Positions 14,370 through 25,963 of a DNA stretch of 64,000 nucleotides are shown piece after piece. A model generated the notes under the pieces. That model searched no databases. It was not told where the DNA came from and was given only the letters and a program-made list of their open reading frames with translations. The stretch comes from Paraspadella gotoi (lineage: Eukaryota; Animalia; Chaetognatha), in NCBI GenBank assembly GCA_051294375.1, contig CM119269.1:13670562-13734561 (forward strand), given 5' to 3'. The translations under genes and the position numbers were made by a program. Within the stretch, counting starts at the first letter, position 1. Each line of letters starts with the position of its first letter.

Positions 14370-15030
14370 GATTCCCCAAGGTTTCGTCGAAGTCTTCGAA
14401 CGCATCTTCTGCTGCTGCTCTGGCGAAGAAGTTCGATTCTGCGGCGAAAAATGGAAAAAAGTCAACAAAGACGAGACGCAGGTCGGTCGGTCGGTCAGTC
14501 TTAAAGGTCGGGTCGGTCGCGTCAGTCTTAAAGTCGGTTCGGGTCCGGTCAGTCTTAAAGTCGGTCGGTCGGTCAGTCTTTTTTTAATATCCGGGTTTTT
14601 TTTTTCCATCGACTTTTTTTTGTCAGAAACGACTGTTCAAGTTGTGTCGAATGTCGATGTTTCATTTTGAGATCAAGAATAAAAGAAAATATTTATTAAA
14701 AAAAACGGCTTGAGAGTTATTTGTCTATAAATATTAATTTTTTTGAATCGTTAATACTAATGATAAGAATTAATATTATCGAAAATTGGAAAGTATTTTA
14801 TTTCTCAAGTTTTGTGAGAACATTTACAAATCGTCATGTATGATCATATGACAACAATAACGACACCAACAGCAAAGACATTTCCTCCGCCGTATTTTTA
14901 CTCAGGCGAGTCAAAAGCAACGCCCCTCTACGACGAGCGTGACGATGATGCAGAGGTCCTCTACCAAAGATCCAACAGGTTGTAAGAATTACAATTGCAA
15001 CGGTCATCAACCACCCAACAGTCATAATAA
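11830..15030 (+). pseudogene. Inverted partial copy of GPCR exons 8-11, frameshifted; probably an assembly artefact
   Basis: Copies of the TM6 exon (11830-11901), TM7 exon (~12563-12670), helix-8 exon (14371-14481) and last exon (from ~14906), with several 1-nt indels. Confidence 0.6.
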
Positions 15031-15033
15031 TCT

Positions 15034-15107
<74 letters not shown>

Positions 15108-15251
15108 TCTCTTCTCTTCCTCCCCTTCTTATCTCACAGAGAACCCCGANNNNNNNNNNNNNNNNNNNNNNNNNAGAGAGAGAGAGAGAGAGAGAGAGAG
15201 AGCAGATTATTTATGACTGTTGGTGGTTGATGACCGTTGCAATTGTAATTC

Positions 15252-15866
15252 TTACAACCTGTTGGATCTTTGGTAGAGCGACCTCTGCATCATCGTCACG
15301 CTCGTCGTAGAGGGGCGTTGCTTTTGACTCGCCTGAGTAAAAATACGGCGGAGGAAATGTCGTTGCTGTTGGTGTCGTTATTGTTGTCATATGATCATAC
15401 ATGACGATTTGTAAATGTTCTCACAAAACTTGAGAAATAAAATACTTTCCAATTTTCGATAATATTAATTCTTATCATTAGTATTAACTGATTCAAAAAA
15501 ATTAATATTTATAGACAAATAACTCTCAAGCCGTTTTTTTTAATAAATATTTTCTTTTATTCTTGATCTCAAAATGAAACATCGACATTCGACAACTTGA
15601 CAGTCGTTTCTGACAAAAAAAGTCGATGGAAAAAAAAACCCGGATATTAAAAAAAGACTGACCGACCGACCGAACTTAAGACTGACCGGACCCGAACCGA
15701 CTTTAAGACTGACGCGACCGAACCGACCTTTAAGACTGACCGACCGACCGACCTGCGTCTCGTCTTTGTTGACTTTTTTCCATTTTTCGCCGCAGAATCG
15801 AACTTCTTCGCCAGAGCAGCAGCAGAAGATGCGTTCGAAGACTTCGAGCGAAACCTTGGCGGAATC

Positions 15867-15961
<95 letters not shown>

Positions 15962-16468
15962 CAGAGAAGGAAAGGGGAATCGGAGATAGGGAAGAGTAGG
16001 AGAAATTTTGAAAATAATAAATTAAATTACTTAGATATACAATATACTTAATATACATATTTTTCGTTGAATTTCTTGTTCCGTTCCTAAACATTTTTGT
16101 AATATCTTCGTCCGTTGGTTTGCAAACTTTTTCACCCATCCATACATCCGTCAAACCAACAATCAAACTGTCCATCCGTTTTTTTCTCAATTTTAAAAAA
16201 ATGGAATTTTACTTGTTTCCCTTTTAAGCCGAAGAGACAATTTCTAGTATCCTTATCCTTATCATTATATATTTATTTGGTTCTTCGTTTATAAGTGGGG
16301 ATTATTTCTCGACCTCTGGCTCAGAGTCTGAGGACTCGTGGCCTAAAACCTGACGGATTTAACCTGAAACCTAGAGTCCCAGGCCAAACTGAAAAGATAT
16401 GTATGTCGTTGTTGTTGTAGCCATGTTGGACCGTGGAAGAGAGAGCGAAGGGAAACGTTTTCTCTGTT

Positions 16469-16522
<54 letters not shown>

Positions 16523-17965
16523 GCTCTCTCTCTCTTTAAACCTCGCGGCTTTTGAAATCGTGACGCTTCACAAGTTCACAACCGTCGGTGAAATGTAACG
16601 AGAGCTTCCAGACCCTAAGGGGGAATGTCAGAGCCACTCAAGATTTCCAGTGAGATCACGATCTAGATTTACCTAGATTATATTAAGATTTAAATTTAAA
16701 TCTAGATTTATCCCTGAATGAAAGTCTGATCTTAACGAATTAAGTTCTCCGGTTGAGCGATGTTCAGTTTGTGCACGATACACAGTGCGCTGTGTGCGGT
16801 GTGGCTGTGCGGCTCACATTTACATAATTCTAAGCGAACATAATTTTTTTGGGGAAATATAAATTGTATTGCATTCTAAGAACATAGGATTTTTTTTGTT
16901 CGAAAATGTTTCTCTGTGCCAATTTAGTTGCGCGGATAATTGCGAATCAGCCACCAATGTATTGCAGTTCTGAAGATTGATTGCGCATCGGGAACCATTT
17001 TCTGAAACTTGAGTGCCTCTGATTCGATTTTTCAACTGGTGCGGCGCTGTGGCGGGCGCGGTGGGGGAGACTGCGGGTGCTGCTCTGGGGCGGGGGCTGC
17101 GGTGGCGGCTGATCTCGCGCTGCGGCGGGCGCCCCTTCGGAGATTGAAGCCGACATTCTGCCTCCAAGCAAAACTTATTTCTTTGATTTAAAAAAAAAAT
17201 CGGTCCTGTCACGAATGATTAAATAATGTAGGAGAAATTTTATCTTATTTATTTTTTTTTCTACCCATCTCCCCCCATAGAGTTGTTTTGTTTTCGGTCG
17301 TCCAAGTAGTTTTTCTGGGTGTTTTTGTTTTGTTTCTTTGACTCACTTGGTATTCCAGTTTTGATTATATTTTTTACTTCTTCGACTCACTTGGCATTCC
17401 AGTTTTGATTATATTTTTTACTTCTTTGACTCACTTGGCATTCCAGTTTTGATTATATTTTTTACTTCTTTGACTCACTTGGCATTCCAGTTTTGATTTT
17501 ATTTTTTACTTATTTGACTCACTTGGCATTCCAGTTTTGATTTTATTTTTTACTTATTTGACTCACTTGGCATTCATGGCGCAATAAATGATCGGATTCA
17601 CCATCGAATTGCACATCGCGAACCAAAAGACGACGAGGAATACGTGTTGGATGTAGGGCAAATCCCAGAGTTGCTCTGGTAAAAGAAACATCACTTTTGA
17701 ACTTTATATATAATTTATTTACTTTTTTTTACTTTTTTTTACTTTAGTTTCTTCTCTCTCTTGCCTTTTTTGGGTCATTTTTTGCTTCTTCCTGTTTCAC
17801 AATATCTCTTTCTATATTTTTTCCTTTCCTAAGTTTTTTTTGTTGTTAGTTACTTCATAGTTTATGTTATTTTTTATGAAATTGGTACAACCAATAAGTT
17901 ATTTTTCCTTGATTATTTCTATTGTAATTCAGTTTTTATTTCTCTCTTCGCTCTTTCGTTCAGTT

Positions 17966-18037
<72 letters not shown>

Positions 18038-18198
18038 TCCTTTCTTTCCTTTTTTCTTTCTTTCTTTCTTTTTATTTTTTCTTTTTTTCTTTCTTTCCTT
18101 TTTCTTTCTTTCTTTTTTTCTTTTTTTCTTTCTTTCTCTCTTTTTTTTCTCCCTTTCATTCCTTATTTCTCTCTTCTTTATCTCATTCTCTCTTTCTC

Positions 18199-18273
<75 letters not shown>

Positions 18274-18803
18274 TTCTTTCTTTCCTCCTTTCTCTCCATC
18301 TCACCTCTTAACAAACTGCTGAGTATGAAGTAAACGTGATACGGCAGCCAACAAAAAGCAAAGCTGAACAGGACAACCTGAAGGAAAAATCTCGTGGGAT
18401 TGAGTCACAAATGAAAACGACAGAGAAAGGGAAAAAACATTTTTATATCCTTTTTTATAAATCTGAAAAATTTTGGGTCGGTCTGTCTGCCTATTCTTTT
18501 GTATATTTATTTGTTTATCTATTAAGAGATACTACATAGTACTTAAAAAAGGATAAATGACAAACGCAAAATATGTTTCCCGAAAAACTTTTGAAATTCT
18601 ATACTAGTATATTAGTTAAAAAAAGAAAGCTAACTTTTTTGACAAAGCGCCAATTACCGCTTAAAAGCTAAACATTTTTTATCTTTTCTTTATTTTTAAC
18701 AAAATAGAAACTTTGGACGAGGAACCTTTTTTGCTAAATGCTAAAAGCTCTCATATTCCTCTCCTCTCCTCTCAGAGAGAGTGACGTATCTCTTCTCCTT
18801 CTC

Positions 18804-18874
<71 letters not shown>

Positions 18875-19897
18875 TCCCTCTCACTCCCTCTCTCTCTCCT
18901 CTCACATAATCATCTTGACGACTTTCCGCTTGGACTTGAGTGATTCCTTCTGTTGCTTGTTCGCTTCTCCAATCATCTTTTCTCTCCAGAGTTTAAATCC
19001 TTAATTTCATTTTAAACATTAAATTAGAAACGTTTTTTTCCTTCATCAAAACAAACAATAAACAACAAAACAATATCATTGACTACACAGCAATAGATGA
19101 GAATCTACCTATGATGCCATATGTTTATTCTCAATGCAGTAGAGACTAAAAGTTGACTTATTCACGGCTAAATGTTACTAAATGACCTTTTTTAAAAAAA
19201 ATAACCAGCTGGGCTCTGAATTATACAAATAAGCATCTAATAACAAGTTTTGGTTTTCTAGATATTGTTTTAATTAGGCTTCCAAAGCCTTTAATAGATT
19301 CTTATCAACGTACTGTCTTAGAAAGTATATTTAGCATTGTTTACATTCTTTTTCGTTGTAGATAAAGTGCCCAAAGGGCTTAAATTCACTTCTGTAACTT
19401 TTATATCCTCCTAAGGTAGCCCTAAAACGGATTACGAGCTTGTACCAGGCTTGAGGGTTTCCCACGCCCCGAAAGCGGTACCGGGTTGGGATTGAACCCG
19501 GTACCTATACCGGTCATGAGGTCACTACAACAACAACAACAATAACTCACCGATCCTGGAGTAAGCGACGGCCATGAGCAAGAAAGGAATCGCGTATTCC
19601 AAAGCGAAGAGAACGAAAGTATAAATGACATCGTAATCCTTTTGTTTTTCCTCCTCCTCTGACCAATAGAGGTAGCAGTAGATCTGGTAAGTTCCGTCCT
19701 CGAAGTAGCTGCGGACAGAGGAGGGTGAGGTGAGGGGTTAGAGTGTGAGTGAAATCGGGTGGAATTGATGATTGAAGTCGAGGCGATAAGGGCGGGATTT
19801 TTGAAAGTCTGATTTTCCTCAATCTGAAAACTTTCTCTCTCTCTAAAATTTTTTAATATCGGAGGATTGGGAAGTCAAGGATTAAAGTGGAAATCTC

Positions 19898-19953
<56 letters not shown>

Positions 19954-20120
19954 TTTCTTTCTTTCTTTCTTTTTTTTTCTCTCGTTATTTCTTTCGTTCT
20001 TTCTTTCTTTCTCTCTCGCTCTCTCTCTTTCGTTAGCTCACGCGCTCTTTGGAAGGCTTAGAAATTTGGCGCAATAAAGTTAATGGGTCGAAGACCAAGA
20101 GCAACCTAGAGAGAGAGATT

Positions 20121-20216
<96 letters not shown>

Positions 20217-20622
20217 GATGTGTCTTCGAACCCTACCTGAATACTGAGATGAAAGTATTCGTTTCTCATTTTACTACATTTTCTGCTTATTACTTCCATA
20301 GTATAAAAATTTACATACATTTTGTTATTTTGGGTTCGTGATTATTTTCAGTTTTATTAAATCGATTTTTAAAATAATCTTCATTCATGTGTATACTACT
20401 ATTTAACCCTTATTTTCATTTACTTCGATCATTATCAGGTCATTTAAAGCTTCCCTTGTTAAATTGAACATTTTTATAAGTCGACAAAAACTCTAACACA
20501 TGTATTGTCAATAAGTTTTTTTAATATTTATTTATTTTTTTATTTATTTATTTATTTATTTATTTATTATTATTTATTTATTATTATTTATTTATTTAAT
20601 AATATTTATTTATATATTATAT

Positions 20623-20657
<35 letters not shown>

Positions 20658-21549
20658 TATAAATATTAAAAAAACTTATTGACAATACATGTGTAGAGTT
20701 TTTGTCGACTTATAAAATGTTCAATTAATTAATTAATTAATTAATTAATTACTTTTGCTCATTAAATTGTACATTTATGTAATTTTTGTATGCCTTTTTG
20801 TATATTTTGTTTCTACTACCTGTTTTGAACGACTTAGCCTCAGCCCTTACCAAAACTTTCTTCCCTCACCTGGTCTGCAGATCGGCGAGCAGCGAACCGG
20901 GTAGGGCGACGACGATCGAGATGAGCCAAATGGCGAGGATGATGCTGAGGACGACGGAGCCTCGCATTTTGGGGCGCAGGGGGTGCATTATCACGCGGTA
21001 TCTGGGGGGGGGGTGACAATACAGTGACATCGGTGAAAACAGCGATACCAGGACGTAAGGCTGAATTAGAGAAATGAGCCTCTTTTGAAAATTCAACCTT
21101 TCTCACTGTTGTCAACAACCCCAATAACTTTTTTTTAACTCCTCATCAATTCTCTCATTAAGTTTTGCGAATTGGTTACACTAAACTTATGATATAAGCT
21201 CCACTACAATACACTTCATAGTTTTCTAATTTCTTATCTGCCCACCAATCTGGAATATTCAGCGACGGTACAGACAACTGGACATTTGACAGTGGACAAA
21301 TTCGCTCCAGTTAGGCTCGGTTGTAAATATACATTTTTCTAACTCTGCCAATAAGTTACTCTATTACACTACGTAGATTCACTACTCATCATAGGACCGG
21401 TCTGTTGGAGCGACAATCAAGAAGCAAAGGAGAGTCTGGGGGAAGTGAAAGAAGCGTCGAGTGAAAAGGAGATTGACGATCACGAATTATGAAGAGCTCG
21501 ATGATCTATGATTTCACGAAATCTGTGAAGATGACGATAATGGAGTCAA

Positions 21550-21619
<70 letters not shown>

Positions 21620-23070
21620 TCAGTTAAACTCGTTTCCGGACGCTTTTAATTCCCGCCCACTCTCTTGTCATCTTCGTTAGTTTTCTCTCTCTCTCTCTGT
21701 CTCTGTCGTCCTTCGTTTTTGATATTGTATTATTATTTAATCTTTCTATATAATATTTGTATCAGAAGAGGATTTAATATAATTAAATTAAAAATTGTGA
21801 TAAGCAGCCTACTTCGTTTCTCGATGATTCAATGGGTGCAACGTCGAAGTCTCATTCTGACCCAATGATTTTAGACCAAAATTACTCGAATTGAAGCAAA
21901 AAATATTTCTTTCCAAAATTATTTACCAACAAACAAACTTCGAAGTTAAACGAACGTTTAATTCACTCAAAATTTGCATCACAAAGATTTTTGATTTTTT
22001 AAAACTTCATTCGTTTCTTTTCCTTTTCTAGGGCCGAGAATTGCTTCCCATTCAGCTCTCTCCCTCTCTATCTCACGCTCTTCCCTTTCTTTATCCACTT
22101 CTATCTTTCTTCTCCTCTCTCACCCTATCTCCCTCTCCCCCCTCTTTCACTGTCTCTCTCTCTCTTCCACCTCCCTTTCTTCCGCTTTTCACCTCTCTAA
22201 CTGTAACCTCAATCTCTCTCTCCGTATTTCTCCCTTCCTCTCCTCTTTCCTACCTCTCCTCTTTCTCCCTCTCCCTTTTCCTCCCTCTCCCTCTTTCCTC
22301 CCTCTCCCTCTTTCCTCCTTCTCCCTCTTTCCTCCCTCTCCCTCTTTCCTCCCTCTTCCCTCTTCCTCCCTCTCCCTCTGTCCTCCCTCTCCCTCTTTCC
22401 TCCCTCTCCCTCTTTCCTCCCTCTCCCTCTTTCCTCCCTTTCCCTCTTTCCTCCCTCTCCCTCTTTCCTCCCTCTCCCTCTTTCCTCCCTCTCCCTCTTT
22501 CCTCCCTCTCCCTCTGTCCTCCCTCTCCCTCTTTTCCTACCTCTCCCTCTTTTCTCCCTCTCCCTCTTTCCTCCCTCTCCCTCTTTCCTCCCTCTCCCTC
22601 ACCTCCTTCTCCCCTTCAAAACCAAATTTAATTCAAATTCTCTCTGATCTCCCTGAACTTTTTTTACTCCGTGACCAAAACGCGATTCGTCAACATTCAA
22701 CTTCATCACAAAAATCCGAAGACCTTACCCAAACTTATCCAAACTTACCCGACCTTAAATCACAGGAACATATTCAAGTAAATTCACAAATTTCATTTAA
22801 TACCTGATGGTTTCAGAATCAGAATCTCCCAAAATTTGACAAAACCAATGAGAATTTTAAGAATACAAATCAAAACTTCCTCTAGTTATTATTAACCAAT
22901 GAGAGACCAGATATATTCAAATTCAATGATAAAATTCAACCAATTGGAGGCTTTAAACAGAATTAATGGAGTCATTCAATAAAACTTTAAGGTGACAATG
23001 AAAACAGTTTTATAATTAAGTCCATAATTAAGTCTTTAAAAATATAAAAAAGTCTACTTAAAAATATCAG

Positions 23071-23148
<78 letters not shown>

Positions 23149-24990
23149 TTTTGAACCCACACGGGCCTTATTTTCCAAAAGCTAAAATTAAGATTTGAAA
23201 TATTTTTTAGTTTTAAAATTTAGGTTCGGGGTTAAGGTTAGGAATTAAGTTAAAAACTAGTGTTAAGTATCATCGACGTTAACTGAACTGCCGTAGCGAT
23301 GAGAGGAATAAGGATTCTTCGAAGTAACGGAAAACAAGAGTTTTATTCTCAGAATAAAATGTGATCACAAAATTCATGGATGAAATTCTTTGCTCTTTCT
23401 TTTGTGAGCCAGAAGAACCAAGTGACAAGCAAATTCACATCAAGCCTCTACTTCTACTTTTAGTTTCCGCTCCCTGACCCCACTAGGATCCCTGCCTTGT
23501 TCCCCATTGGCCCCCGACCCATGTGATCCCCTTATACTCTTCTGTGATTGGTTCGTGGTCCAAGTGTGGTCATAGAGTTTAGGGTAAGGTCTTTGTTTGG
23601 GCTTTTGGTGAGTTTGGCTTTGCCGCCGGCTGCTCTGCTGCTTCTGCTGCTTCTGCTCCTGCGTATGGGTTGGGGAGGCGAGAGAGAGAGAAACAGCAGC
23701 CGGCGACCGCGTGGTCAGTGAGCGTTGATGGTATTAGTATTGATGATTAAGATTAGTGAGAGTAGAAAATATTAGAAAATGATTATTGTTAGATTAGGAT
23801 TAGCGATTAGGAGCAGGTATTAGTTTAGAGTTAGAAATTGATTTTTAAGAATTCGATTAAAGATCATATAGCATATTATTATTTACCGTTATTAAGGTTA
23901 AAATTAAATTCAGGGTTAAAAAAAAAACAGAATTGCGGGGCTTTCGGAACATATTGCCCCTCGCCCACCACTCAACAACTTTCTCTTGGCTCGACCGGAT
24001 TCCTTCTCAGAATTGATTTCGACATTCGTCGGGTTTTTTCCGGAGGAAATTAGAAATTCAAACTGAGATTTAGATATAAACAAAGAAAAAAACAAACAAC
24101 AGACGAAGGATTTGCACTTTCTATTTTCTCTCACGACCCTAAGTGGTAACTAAGTCGCTTCGTCGTGTTTTAGAAAATTATTATTTTATTTTGTAATCAA
24201 TATTTCTATATACATATACTATGATACAATGCACATTATCATATTATAAATATTTACAAATATTCATTTCGTTTTCACTTTTCTCTATTTCTGGTCAGAG
24301 TAACCTTCACTAAAATCTCCCTCTATACATTTTGTATTGGGCCACGAGCCATGACCCTTTTGCCTGACCAGTGACCACTCATCTCACTGACCCGTGACTC
24401 ACGCCTCACCTGTCCACGCTGATGGCGCAGAGCGTCAAGACCGAGACTGTGATTGAAACGATGGTGAACGAGTGATAGATTTTGCAGTAGATGAGACCGA
24501 AGGGCCAAATCTGTGAGTCGGTGGTAAAGGGAACAGGAGGGAAAAGGAAGGGGATAAAAAGGGATAGAGAATGGAAAAGGGAAAAGAGGGAAAAGGGAAG
24601 GGATGAAAAGGGAGGGGATAAAAAGGGATAGGGGATGGAAAAGGGAAAAGAGGAAAAAAGTAGGGATGAAAAGGGAGAGGATTAAAAGGGATAGGGGATG
24701 GAAAAAGGAAAAGGGAAGGGTTTAAAATGGAGACGATGAAAATGGAAAGGGAAAAAAAAGGAAAAGGGATAAGGGAGAAATGGAAGGGATTAAAGTGGAG
24801 CGGATCAAAATTGATAGGGAAGAAAAACGAAAAAAGAAATGGTATGAAAAAGGAAGGATGAAAAAATAAAGAGTTGACATAGCGAAGGCATAAATAAAAG
24901 GAAGGAATGCATGAAAGGAAAGGACATCAAAAGAAAGGAGAGAGAAAAAGAAAGGGAAATACACTGATTGATTAAAATAGATAGAGAAAG

Positions 24991-25042
<52 letters not shown>

Positions 25043-25931
25043 AGGAGAAAACTATATCTGAAAAAAAATGCAGGCTTATCAACCTAATTCAAAAAAGTAA
25101 TAACGTTTATCGAAAGCAATATATGTTAGATCGAAAGCGGATGTTTATGTACAAAACAATGTTCTAGATTTAGAGAGAGTATTTATTATTAAGGTTTTTT
25201 TTATTATAATCCCCAGTGCCCTATGGCGACAAATTACCAAAAACCTTGCAAACTATTTTCTCGATATTAAAAGCATTATTACTGAGTAATAATGCCGATA
25301 CGCAGCGAGGCGCTTGATTCAGCAGGTGATGAAAACAGCGAGTTACTTGATTTAGGGTCTGTGGATATGAATGGATATTCATGGGCTTAATAGTGCTATC
25401 CGCAACTTCTTTAACCCCCTCTAACAGCCATGGAACGTGTCCTGAGCTTTGAACCATGTTTGAGGGTTTTCCAGGCCCCCAAGGCGATTAAAGGAGGTCC
25501 TCACCCAGTACCTATAGGTCATGAGCTGATGGCTTTACTCAATTAGCCACCGGGTCACAACTGAAGGTATCATGCTTATATGCGGGGTGAACTTAGGCAA
25601 TGCCCGACTACATCTCGGATAAAAGCTGATTCGAAGGGAGGCTCCAGATTTGTGAATGATACAGGGTGTTGATAAACGAGGCACCTGATTGAGTGAGTAA
25701 TACAGGGTGATGAAGGCGTTTTGCGTGGATACGAAAACGTCGGCGATCGAAAGATTGAGAAGGAAATAGTTGGTGACGGTGCGCATGCGTCTGTGACCTG
25801 ATGAGACGAGAATAGATTAGAAAACAAAATTATAATGATTGTTATTAATAAGACAATTCAAAAATATTGATCAATAATCTTAACCATTATCTTTTCTTAC
25901 CAGTTCTTTGAAATAATCTTGGAAAAACTTT

Positions 25932-25963
<32 letters not shown>

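Larger units (their letters stand above)
11830..18375. repeat. Large inverted repeat, arms ~11830-15100 and ~15175-18375, centred on a 25-N gap
   Basis: The left arm is the reverse complement of the right arm, including the GPCR TM6, TM7, helix-8 and last exons, with scattered 1-nt indels. Confidence 0.95.

Noticed and set aside
18377-18906. Frameshifts in the GPCR (and at 63455 in the Ig gene) as pseudogenisation or programmed recoding
   Set aside because: They are single-base differences at G runs in a region with pervasive indel errors, and all conserved motifs are intact.
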